DNA of 64,000 nucleotides from Amphiscolops sp. MND2022 (Eukaryota): NCBI GenBank assembly GCA_964187785.1, contig OZ076418.1, positions 40,548,001 to 40,612,000 of the forward strand, read 5' to 3'. Shown piece by piece: positions 45,950 to 56,254 of this stretch (position 1 is its first letter; each line of letters starts with the position of its first letter). The notes under the pieces were generated by a model. It saw only the letters and a program-made list of their open reading frames with translations, ran no database searches and was not told where the DNA came from. The position numbers and the translations under genes were made by a program.

Positions 45950-46720
45950 TTCAAACTAACTTGCTCCTGCAAAAAATTTCATTCTCAAGATTCGAGTGAC
46001 GTAAATAAACTACGAATTTGCAAAAAATCTAAAAATTTGAACACTTTGAGACTTTTTGGTCCATCTTATCCCTTTATTGATTTGAGAACACTACAAATTT
46101 CACTGAACAAGAATATGCAAGGTAGCTAGCTGTTTTTTACTGAAATCTTTGCATACAGTTACAGTTCGGAGGGAAATAGGAAAAATTTCAATTCCGTTGG
46201 GTAGAGTCCAAGTAACGTTGTATTGCGTGTCGTTTGCGGATCCCGTCTTTCTATAGCCGGCCACGTAGTAACACTTTGGTAAACACTCTGTAGCTGTGTT
46301 TTCCAAGTGAGCTGCTCAAGATCACAAAGGTCTGACTGCTTTCTCTTGCACTTCTCATTGATGTCTTTCCGCTAACTCAATTTTAGTCGGCTCATTTTCC
46401 CATGTGGAAAAAGTTTTTCCACATGGGAAAATGAGCCGACTAAAATTGAGTTAGCGGAAAGATATCAATGAGAAGTGCAAGAGAAAGCAGTCAGACCTTT
46501 GTGATCTTGAGCAGCTCATTTGGAAAACACAGCTACAGAGTGTTTACCAAAGTGTTACTACGTGGCCGGCTATAGAAAGACGGGATCCGCAAACAAGGGA
46601 TAAGATGGACCAAAAAGTCTCAAAGTGTTCAAATTTTTTGATTTTTTTTGCAAATTCGTAGTTTATTTACGTCACTCGAATCTTGAGAATGAAATATTTT
46701 GCAGGAGCAAGTCAGTTGAA
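45950..46720. repeat. Large foldback palindrome: inner 181-bp arms around a 1-nt loop at 46413, plus outer arms of about 125 bp (157 bp extra in the left arm)
   Basis: 46232-46412 is the reverse complement of 46414-46594 with two mismatches; 45950-46074 pairs with 46595 to about 46720. Confidence 0.95.
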
Positions 46721-46785
46721 CGTATAAATACAGTCCCGAAAGTTTTCGCCCAACACAGAAACAATAAACAAAAGAAACCAAAAGA

Positions 46786-48140
46786 AACCATTGTTTGTCT
46801 ACAGTAAATTAGACCAACTTTCGTTATCAAGTACCAGTCAGAAATCAAACAGCGAGAAAGTCATTTTCACGGCTTTCACCGTTCCCTTGCATATTGCCAA
46901 TAAATTACCTCCGCCAATTTTTTTCTTCTGTCGTTCTCGTAGTAAACGTCAACATGGCGCTGCGAGCTACTGATCACAATGAGAACATTTTGCCACCATT
47001 ACTTGAAGTCCAGTGTTTCTGGCAAGAACCTGAGAAGTCACCAACTACAGAGTGCAAACAATGGGTGGAATTGTACGAAATTGCAATGCTGGCACAGAAT
47101 TCAATTTCCATATCGGAAATAATTCGAATAGCTACAGAACAAGAGCCCCACATTACTGCCTTACTGGTTCTGTGCAAATGAATGGGAAAGACCGGAAGCA
47201 TGCTGGTAACGGACAAAAACTCACATGAATATCTTCGTTATTACTGTATTGGGGGTAATCCAAGCTGCTATAACCTTGTAGGAACTGCTTCGAGGTTAGA
47301 CGAAACGGAATTTTGGACTGTCCCACTTCTTGTCCAGAAAGCAAAAATTGTCTGAATCCTTATATCATTTCTTGAATGTCCTAAATAGCCTCGTCACCAA
47401 ATGCGACTTTGGAGACCATACGTAAAGTTTGGTATCTGACATATTCATACTAAATATGTTAAATAAACTGGTCATGGGCCAAAGGATAATACTCTCGATG
47501 CATTACAGTTTGCGCATTCGAAGATGGGTTGCGACGGCAGAGATCTTTTGGGCAGCCAAGTACATCAGTATTCGTTAAAGAAAAGCCGGTATGCGCAATC
47601 TCATCCAAGTAAAACAAGAATGTTGGAGATGTGGAGCTGGGGATTTCAAAGCGCACACATGAACAACTGTAAAGGCGCAGGCACGATTTGTATGTATGAG
47701 TGATTAAAAGCCACTTTGAACATTGGTGCAATTCTGAACAAAACGACAGAAAGAACAAGAATGCCAACTTCCGCCAATTTGGCAAAAGAAGCCAAATTCG
47801 CAGATGCGTACAAAGAGTCGGCTTTGACGAAGATGAAGAAAGTTATGACGAGGATACATCGGTACTAAATCTGTAGCAGTATTATGCCAGGTCGTATTAT
47901 AATAGTTGCATTCTAGTTACCCTTCGTTGTATATCTATTACAGGGAATGTGGTAGAGATGTAAGTTAATTACCATAGTTTGTTCCACAGTTAATTAGATC
48001 AACTATTGTTATCAAGTAGCAGTCAGATATCAAAATGTGATAAAGCCATTTTCACAGCTTTCACCGTTCGGTTGCAAACTGTCAATAAAGTCAATTCTGC
48101 TCTGTTTTTTCTTTCGCCGTTCTCCTAGTAAACGTCAACA
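46786..48140 (+). mobile_element. Decayed gag-only (pol-deleted) Gypsy relative with diverged LTRs
   Basis: 5' LTR remnant ends GTAAACGTCAACA at 46954, abutting TGGCGCTGCGAGC. Broken gag (MALRATD..FWQEPEKSPT, FLSRKQKLSESL..KCDFG, ECWRCGAG). Purine tract AGGGAA, then 3' LTR 47948-48140 (TGTGGTAG...CGTCAACA). Confidence 0.85.
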
Positions 48141-50628
48141 CAGTGTCTCAGACGAGTCGTTAAAACGCTACCATCAGATTTTTTGTTTGTTGTTTCAATG
48201 TAGGGCAAACAAATGATAATTTAAGGCCTAAAACATGTGAAATGCATGCTTTAGGAGCATTCAGATCTTATCGATCCGCAAATACATCTACTTTTTGACT
48301 GGTTAAAAAACAGAAAAATAGACAGCATTCTATCGACTTCAAGACGCTCGTGTATGTTCTTTGAACCGTTCAAAAGCCTGATTATAAATAAATGTCTGCA
48401 CAACGTTTCATTTTGCGCAGTGAACTTTTTTGTTCAGCTGGAAATAAAGTCATTTTTGATCCTAGACAAAATGAAAAAAGACAGCTTTGTTTTTCACCAT
48501 TCAAGAGAATCGTGTTCAAATTTTCCGCTTTTTAGTTTATCCTTTAAAAAGATTCGATCGTCACGCATGAGCGAGCATTTCTTCATTACAAGACCATTCT
48601 TTCTTTATAATTACATTGGTTATGTTAAAAGCTCCCTTAGGAACGCTTTAACAGGAAAGACAAAAAGATTTCACGACTCGCTGACTTCTTACGCCTTTTT
48701 TCGCTAGATTTTTCATGCATCAATAACTTGATTTGTTACATAACACTCCGGAAATTTCCCTCGGGTTGCGTAAGACAGGAACGAAAATCAGTTCAGAACT
48801 TGTGTTTCCTTGTTTCTTTTAATCTCATTATGAGCAAACGAAAGAATAAGAGATCTTTGGGTAATTTTAAGTGCACTGAACTTAGAGATTTTTTTCCTTT
48901 GAGTAAGATACATTGATTTTTTGAGTTGGTGAAATTAGGGTTTTCAAAATGGAATCGTTCAAAGTTAAGAGCAATCTATTATTTTGTAGATAACAGAATT
49001 AGAGGTTGACATTTCTCAAAAACCAATCAGCAATTTTTTTCGAAGATGAGAAAACCAGGACTTATTTTACACTATCTGAGAAAAAAATAAAATGACGTGT
49101 ATCACATGAATGCTTATTTTATTGAGAATAACACGAGATTTCCTGGAAATCGAGTTTCAGCGTGGCGGCCATTTTTGGGATTGCCTCAAATCTTGAAGGG
49201 TTACAAGAATTTTAATTATTTTGTAACTAATTACTTTGTAATTGTAATTAGTTGTGTTAGAACCACAGGATTATATCTGAATCTTCTTAAGGATTCTGGG
49301 TGATGGAAAAACTAGACGCTCATGCATGATTTTTTTGCCTCGAACTTTTTCATCAACAATATATTTTTAGAGCTCGACTGTAGCCAATACCTTGAGAAAC
49401 TTGCATAAAAAGGTTCGAAAAACCAAAAATTTCGACACTTTTTCAAGTCTACTATGTTCATTGTAGGTATTTTATTCTACGGACATCCACATTTCTGTAT
49501 AAAAGAGTAAACTAAGTAGCTAATTGTTTTTCCGTTGAACTGGATCATGGGCGGAAAAACGTATAGTTAGTTACATTTTGTGACGTTGTGTGACAAATTT
49601 CTCGGTTATATGAGGATTCTTTTCATCTTTCTGCTCATGAATAAATTATTGCAAAAATTAGGGAAATTTCAAATCAAGAGATCATTGCTGGAATTTCAAA
49701 AAAATGCTCCAATTCATTGATTTTTTCGACCAAATTCAACCTTTGTGCATTTCGCAGATGACTAATTTCTAGCTACGGCGGAAGCTGAGTAACTAACTGC
49801 ATAGCTACATAAGTACTGAATTCTTCTTGATCTTTTGAATTATTTAGTTTACAAAGGTTCTTTACAGCTCTAACGAACCGTAAAATTTCAAATTGAAAAG
49901 TATTTCCAGAAGGTATATCCAGGTCAAACATATCCTTTGAAGATGTTTTTACTCCAGCTAGACCAATTTTGAGACACGGATATCAAGTTACCGTCTTGGA
50001 ATTTTGAATTACCATCGAGTACAGAGTGACATCTTTAAGTCTGCTGGAAAGCTTGCTTTCATTTGCTCTAAAATTCATGTTGGAATCAAATTTTTAAAAA
50101 TTGGCGCCAAGACGGTTTTGACAGGAATTTCATTTTAAAATACCTTGTTAGGAAAATGCGGAAGCGTTTCAACTCCAGAAAAAAGTCATCAGTTATCGCA
50201 AAAAGTGATGTGTGAAAAGACGCGACGTCGCTCGAGTTTTTTTTTCTAGTGCTCAAAAATTTCGATTTGGGCTCCTCGATGAAGTTGAAATCTTTTTTTT
50301 GAAAGATGCGAGGTGCTTCAAATGGGTACCAAAATGTTCTGCTTTCCATGCAGTTTTTATGTGCGACTTTTTTGTTTTTTTTCTCGTTTTCACTAAACAA
50401 AAATCTTTCTGAAACCTGAAGGGTACCTCGAACTTTTGTGGCAATTTTTTCCACCAGCTTCAGAGACTGTTCACAAAATGTGTTTTTTGAGCCTTTAGCG
50501 GGGCGCCGACTTGATTAATTCCCGACTTGCTTGTCTGTGCTGTTCGAAAGTTTTCATGACGTCAATATTTTCAGCGTAAAACGAAATACAGACCGACTAT
50601 AATAATTTTTTATTTGTTGGTCCTTTTG

Positions 50629-50772
50629 AGTCGGCGCATTTTGTAAAAAACGTGCCCGACTATTATAGAGGCTAGTTTTTTCTCCAGACCACAGAGCTCA
50701 CAGTGAAAAGTCGACTTTTTGGGATTTTTGTTAAAACTTTGTTCGCGTCGCTTTAGACGGTCCCGTCTTGTT
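50629..50772 (+). mobile_element. Short internally deleted Helentron/DINE-1-like copy
   Basis: AGTCGGCGCATTTT..AAAACGTGCCCGACT ... GACGGTCCCGTC TTGTT. Confidence 0.55.
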
Positions 50773-52791
50773 TTTAATTCGGTCGATGTGACCAAAAACG
50801 TCTGCGAAGAAATTCCCGTTTCAGCCTAAAATCCGAGCACGGTCAAGCTCAGCTCTTTGCTCTGAAAACATTTAGGCAGTCCTCATCAATTAATGATCAA
50901 AAATTTGGAGATTGAAAACTGAATTCAGATTAAATCATTCGTAATTTCAATTCTATGAAAATCATTTTATGGTTTTTGGATCTACAATTACTAATATTAA
51001 TAACATTGCCGTAGTCAAAACTGCTTGAACTTTTTTACATACTGCGTGGAATCATGCAAGGAACTTTTAAAAAGTCATAGAAAATTCAGGGTGCATGCAT
51101 AGAAAAATCTTGCTAAACTTCACTGCAGCTTGGAAAAATCTGACAGCATTTGACTGTTCTTTGAAAGTCTTAAGCAGTTTCAACTAGGGTGATTGGCACA
51201 TTATGTCGAAATCATTTTCAAATTGTTTCTATCGTGTTTCTCCGACTCTAAAGCATGCTTCATGTTGTGCGATGTGTCAAATCTAGTCTTATAAATGTTG
51301 ACATCTTACATCTTGAAGAATTACAGAAAAAATGGATTTCTAGTTATTCACAATGCACAGTTTTTTAAAGTTATAGGAAAAATTACTCATTATATATTCG
51401 GGGTTTCCTTATATGCCGTATAATTATATTAGAGTTGGCCACCAAAATTGGGTAGGGGGGATTGTCTTTCATTCGTAGCATGCCTTATAGTAGGAGAAAA
51501 ACTGTGTTCCATTTCAAATCAAAGTTAGGGTTAACATTCATCAGGAAAATAAACAAAAAAAATAAGCTGACAACCCTTGGTGTAAAGTTGCAGTTTCGGA
51601 AACACACTTATTTCAAACAAATGCAGTAGGGTGATTTCCGGTAGCATTGATGATATCGGGCAAGAACTTTTGATCTAAAAATAACAGAATTGTTAAACTA
51701 ATTTGTTTTGGTTTTTGTTTTTTTTCTGATTGTTTGCAAGTGTTTCTGATTTGGCGGTTCAATTCATGTGGCCAATTTTAGATAAACTGTTGTTTTTGTT
51801 GAATTTTCAACACCATGAAACCACTGGGAGTTTCTCAGGATATTATTTGGTATGCGATTCCAACCACTGCAATTCTCTTTCGGTTGCTCATATCTTCATC
51901 TCACTACTTTGACCACTGATGTTTAGAAAAACTCGGAAAATCGAGAATTTTGGTATCCAGATGGTAAATCCAATCAATAGATAAATAATTTGGAAATGTC
52001 AGCAGGAATAAAAACACTCAGTTGAAATTACTAGGGTAACCAAAAAAATTTAACGCACAAAAATTTCATTTTTCAATAAATATAGTTATTCGTGTAAACA
52101 AGGAACGAAAGGTCCTTCATCATGTTTTCTATCAATCATTTGAAATGAAGCTTCTATTACGCAATCACAACATCAACAAAGTTGGTTAGAACCATCAGAA
52201 AATGTCTAGACATCTTTACCAGTAGTTTCGTTCTCACTTTTTCGCTGAAAGTTATGTCGCTTCTAAGAAAAGCTGTCAATCAAATTGATTGACGAGCTAA
52301 ATTGCAGCGTTCAAGTTCTTTTTCAAAGGTTTGTTGACAAATATTTGAAACTTTGAGAACTCAAAAGTTTCATGCGTTCCGTTCTTTCCAAATGATATTG
52401 ATTGCAATTGAGCGGGATGCGGAACGGATGTAATGTGATCAATTTTGTGCATAGTTCTGCGAAAGTTGTCTTAACATTCCAGAACCAAATCTGAGTAAAC
52501 AAAACATCAAATTGAGCCGCAAAGCGAGGAGTGATGTTGAGCAGAGCTGTCGTCGGTCAAAAAGTGCCAAACGGGGGTTTTTAAACTGCCTTTAATCAAG
52601 AACTGGGTTTTGGATGGCAATTTCTTGACTTTAGTTCAAAATTCTAGCCGAATTTGTTTGATATTATTTCGAAGCTGATGTTATTCTGAATGATTGAAAA
52701 GTGACATGACCAATTTCAGAGAACTTTTGACCTATTGCTAACAAGTGTTTACTTTGTGAACTTTGGTTGAATTTTTACGTGTACAGTTTTT

Positions 52792-53057
52792 AGTCGGCGC
52801 ATTTTTATTTAAAGGAAAAATGCCCGACTCTCACAGTGACCTTTCTCTTCTTCAGACCACAGACCTCACACTGAAAGGTACACTTTTTACAGGAACTACT
52901 AAAACTACTGATGCCAAGTCCGACCAGCGTAAACTTAGCTGAAAGGGTCCCCCTTTCAAATTTTTACTTTTTAAATGTTACCTACAAAATCGGGCAAGGC
53001 TAAAGGGTCCCTTTGAGCCTTAGAAATAGCGCCGACTTTAGACGTTCCCGTCTTGTT
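52792..53057 (+). mobile_element. Helentron/DINE-1-like copy
   Basis: AGTCGGCGCATTTTT..AAAAATGCCCGACT ... GCGCCGACTTTA GACG-TTCC-CGTC TTGTT. Confidence 0.6.
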
Positions 53058-53535
53058 TGTTCACCTAGTAATAACAATGATACGTACCCTCTAACACTTC
53101 TGAACTTTGTTTAGAAAGTTTTTGATACCCGGCGTTTAAAGGTTTGAAGGGCTTCTGAATAGAGATAGCTGGATGAAACTTCATGACAATTGCTTCCAAT
53201 TTCAGCTGTTAGATCGCCTTCATATAGTCAATGTTTTCAATTCCTGAAAAAGAACCTTCATTATAAAAATTCATAGTTTCTTTGTTCATTATTCAAGTAT
53301 CGGGTCGCAATACGAAATAATTCATTCAGAAATAAGAATTATAGTTGCATTTTTTTAACGCCCCCAACCTTCGAAATTTCAAACCTTCGAAATTTCATTT
53401 TCTTGAACCCTTTTCAACATTCATTTATGTGATAAAATATCCAATCCAGGTACAAGACATTGACTTCAATTGAAATAGTTTTTTGTTGGATCAAAATTTC
53501 CTTATAATATGACCATGAATTCTAATTGGGAGGCG

Positions 53536-54226
53536 GAAATTTCGTCGCCAGAAATTTCGTCGTATCGGCAAATCCAGAAATTTCGTCGTTGGAAATTTTG
53601 TCGTCAGATATTTCGTCGTATTGATTAGCATTTACATCGTTCACGAAAAAATATCATTTGAATTGTTCAATCATTTATTTATTAAAATGAGATCTAAAGA
53701 ACAATTTTCATTTTGAGACCAAAATTGAGTCAAAAAGTTCTTTGCATTCAATCAACTCATCAAGACGCTTATTGAGCAATGGTATATTTTCAGTCCTACT
53801 CGTGAAACTACTTACCGGGGCTTCACAATACAATCTAAGCTTGCTGCAGGGGAATTTTTTGTTTTGCTATTTTGTAAGAAAATTATTGCTTTAAGTGTCG
53901 AAACAACTTCGTGTTGAGTGGATAAGAAACAAGGTGTATTTGGGGGGATAAGGAACATAGTCCAAAACTTTTTGTATCAAATTCATAACTAAAATTAGTG
54001 AATGACAGCAATAATTGCTCAATTATCGATAATTATTAGAATAATTATTGAGACTCGATAATTATTAAGACTCAATAATAAGACGATTCCTAATAGATTC
54101 GAGAAAATGCGACGTTTTATAGAACGTAATGACGGACGACGAAATTTCTGACGACGAAATTTCTGACGGCGAAATTTCTGACGACGAAATTTCAGATGAC
54201 AAAATTTCAGACGACGAAGTTTCTGG
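53536..54226. mobile_element. Foldback/MITE-like element with oppositely oriented arrays of a 15-bp unit (GAAATTTCGTCGTCA)
   Basis: About 5 units at 53536-53620 and 6 reverse-complement units at 54135-54226. Confidence 0.7.
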
Positions 54227-54601
54227 TAATCATTCTGATTATCTCAACAGACATATTGATATCAAAAGATAGAACCATCGATTTTGTCTCTCAAGGAATG
54301 TATTGTTTCCCAATATGTTGGGAAGTTAAAATATCATAGGACCTTAATTTGTCAAAAAATATTTTAAAAAAGTGAAATTGAGCAGAAAAAGCAATTTAAG
54401 CGCGTAAAAAATAAAACGAACTATCAGAATGAATTTTAGGTTATACTTTCTGACCATCGTTTATTGCATTGGTTATCAGCTTGCGCAGTTGCAACGAAAT
54501 TTCGAATCTCTGTAAGATGACGGCTTTCGATACGGTTTTTGAAGTACTTCGATAATTTTTGCGACAATGGCTGACCTTTTTGAACTAGTTCATCAATGAC
54601 G

Positions 54602-56254
54602 TCACTTGTCAGATGTCAGACCCGAGTTGCGCGTCTGCCACCAGAGCAGATCACGATGAGGTGTATGTTCTGATAGAGATGAAGTACTTGAAGATTCATG
54701 CCAGTATCTTGACGATATCGGTTTCCTATAGTGAGTACTAAAGCGATCCGGTGGATGACTCAAAGTAAATTGTCGCTTAGTGATATCATCTGAGGAATCA
54801 TGCCAGCTATCTGCAGACTTTAAATTTCGATACTTAGTAGTAAAGAGATTTGGTGGATGACTCAAAGGACGTGGCTCCTCAGTGACAAAGTCTGAAGACT
54901 CATGCCAGCTATCTGAAGATTTTGGTTTTCGATACTTAGCAGTAAAGATATCTGGTGGACGACTCAAAGAAAGTGGCTTTTCGGTGATATCTTCTGCAAC
55001 TTCATCCGGGCTATCTGAAGACTTTGCTTTTTGATACTTAGTAGTAAAGAGGTGCGATGGATGACTCAAAGGAAGTGGCTCCTCAGTGACAAAGTCTGAA
55101 GACTCATGCCAGCTATCCGAAGTCTTTGGTTTTCGATACTTAGCAGTAAAGAGGTGCGATGGATGACTCAAAGGAAGTGGCTTCTCGGTGACAAAGTCTG
55201 AAGACTCATGCCAGCTATCCGAAGTCTTTGGTTTTCGATACTTAGCAGTAAAGAGGTGCGATGGATGACTCAAAGGAAGTGGCTTCTCGGTGACAAAGTC
55301 TGAAGACTCATGCCAGCTATCCGAAGTCTTTGGTTTTCGATACTTAGTAGTAAAGCGCTCTTGCGAGTGACTCAAAGAAAGTTGTCGCTCAGTGATATCA
55401 TCTGAAGACTCGTGTCGGCTGTCTGAAGACTTTGGTAGTGTTAGGTCTCGATACCTGGTAGTAAAGCGATTTGGTGGATGACTCAAAGCAAGTGGCTTCT
55501 CAGTGATAGCTTCATCTGAAGACCCACGCCAGCTCTCTGAAGACTTTGGCTGTCGAGATTCAGCACTAAAACGATCTGGCGGGTGACTCAAAGAAAGTGA
55601 TCTCTTAGCGATATGGTCTGAAGACTCATGCCAGCTATATGTAGGCTTTGGGTTTCGAAACTTAGTAGTAAAGCGATCCGGTGGATGACTCAAAGAAAAT
55701 GGTCTCTCAGTGATATCATCTGAAAACTCAAGCCAGCTGTATGAAGGCCTGAATTTCCGATACTTGGTGCCAAAGTGATCTGGCGGGTGACTCAAAGAAA
55801 GTGATATTTTAGTGATGTCGCCGGAAGACTGCCAACAATCTGAAGACTTTGGCTCGCTATAGCTCAGAGGTTTCGTGCTCGCTAGGGTTTGCAACCATTC
55901 TATCGATGACTCATCAGGCTTCTCCATCTTTGCAGTTTCTTGCTTCCAGCTTTTAGAAAACATTGTCGTAGAGTCAAAGTTCTTGTGAGGAGGTATTTTT
56001 TCTTTAGGCATTTCAAAACAGTTGCAGGTCCCAGTACAAGTAGCGGGACAAAGTTTTGGGAATTTTGGGAATCGAGGGTCATCGCACAGTGCTTTGTTTT
56101 TCCTGCAGTGACGCAATTGGTCAACGCACTGGCAGACTTTAAGTCCTTCATGATCGATATCTACAATTTGCTTCACAAGAATCCTTCGTTCAAATTCCTC
56201 CTGATGGGATAACATGGCCATTAAAGTAGTCAAGATGTAAGCTTTCAGCATCAT
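54602..56254 (-). CDS. Intronless putative secreted protein (550 aa): signal peptide, ShK-like Cys domain, about 11 Ser/His/Pro-rich 34-aa repeats
   Basis: ATG at 56254 (MMLKAYILTTLMAMLS); CVDQLRHCRKNKALCDDPRFPKFPKLCPATCTGTC fits ShKT cysteine spacing (C-x-D..C..C..CxxTC..C); repeats such as KPKTSDSWHESSDFVTEKPLPLSHPSHLFTAKYR (102 bp); frame open for 1.65 kb in AT-rich DNA. Confidence 0.8.
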   Translation of the reverse strand: MMLKAYILTTLMAMLSHQEEFERRILVKQIVDIDHEGLKVCQCVDQLRHCRKNKALCDDPRFPKFPKLCPATCTGTCNCFEMPKEKIPPHKNFDSTTMFSKSWKQETAKMEKPDESSIEWLQTLASTKPLSYSEPKSSDCWQSSGDITKISLSLSHPPDHFGTKYRKFRPSYSWLEFSDDITERPFSLSHPPDRFTTKFRNPKPTYSWHESSDHIAKRSLSLSHPPDRFSAESRQPKSSESWRGSSDEAITEKPLALSHPPNRFTTRYRDLTLPKSSDSRHESSDDITERQLSLSHSQERFTTKYRKPKTSDSWHESSDFVTEKPLPLSHPSHLFTAKYRKPKTSDSWHESSDFVTEKPLPLSHPSHLFTAKYRKPKTSDSWHESSDFVTEEPLPLSHPSHLFTTKYQKAKSSDSPDEVAEDITEKPLSLSRPPDIFTAKYRKPKSSDSWHESSDFVTEEPRPLSHPPNLFTTKYRNLKSADSWHDSSDDITKRQFTLSHPPDRFSTHYRKPISSRYWHESSSTSSLSEHTPHRDLLWWQTRNSGLTSDK

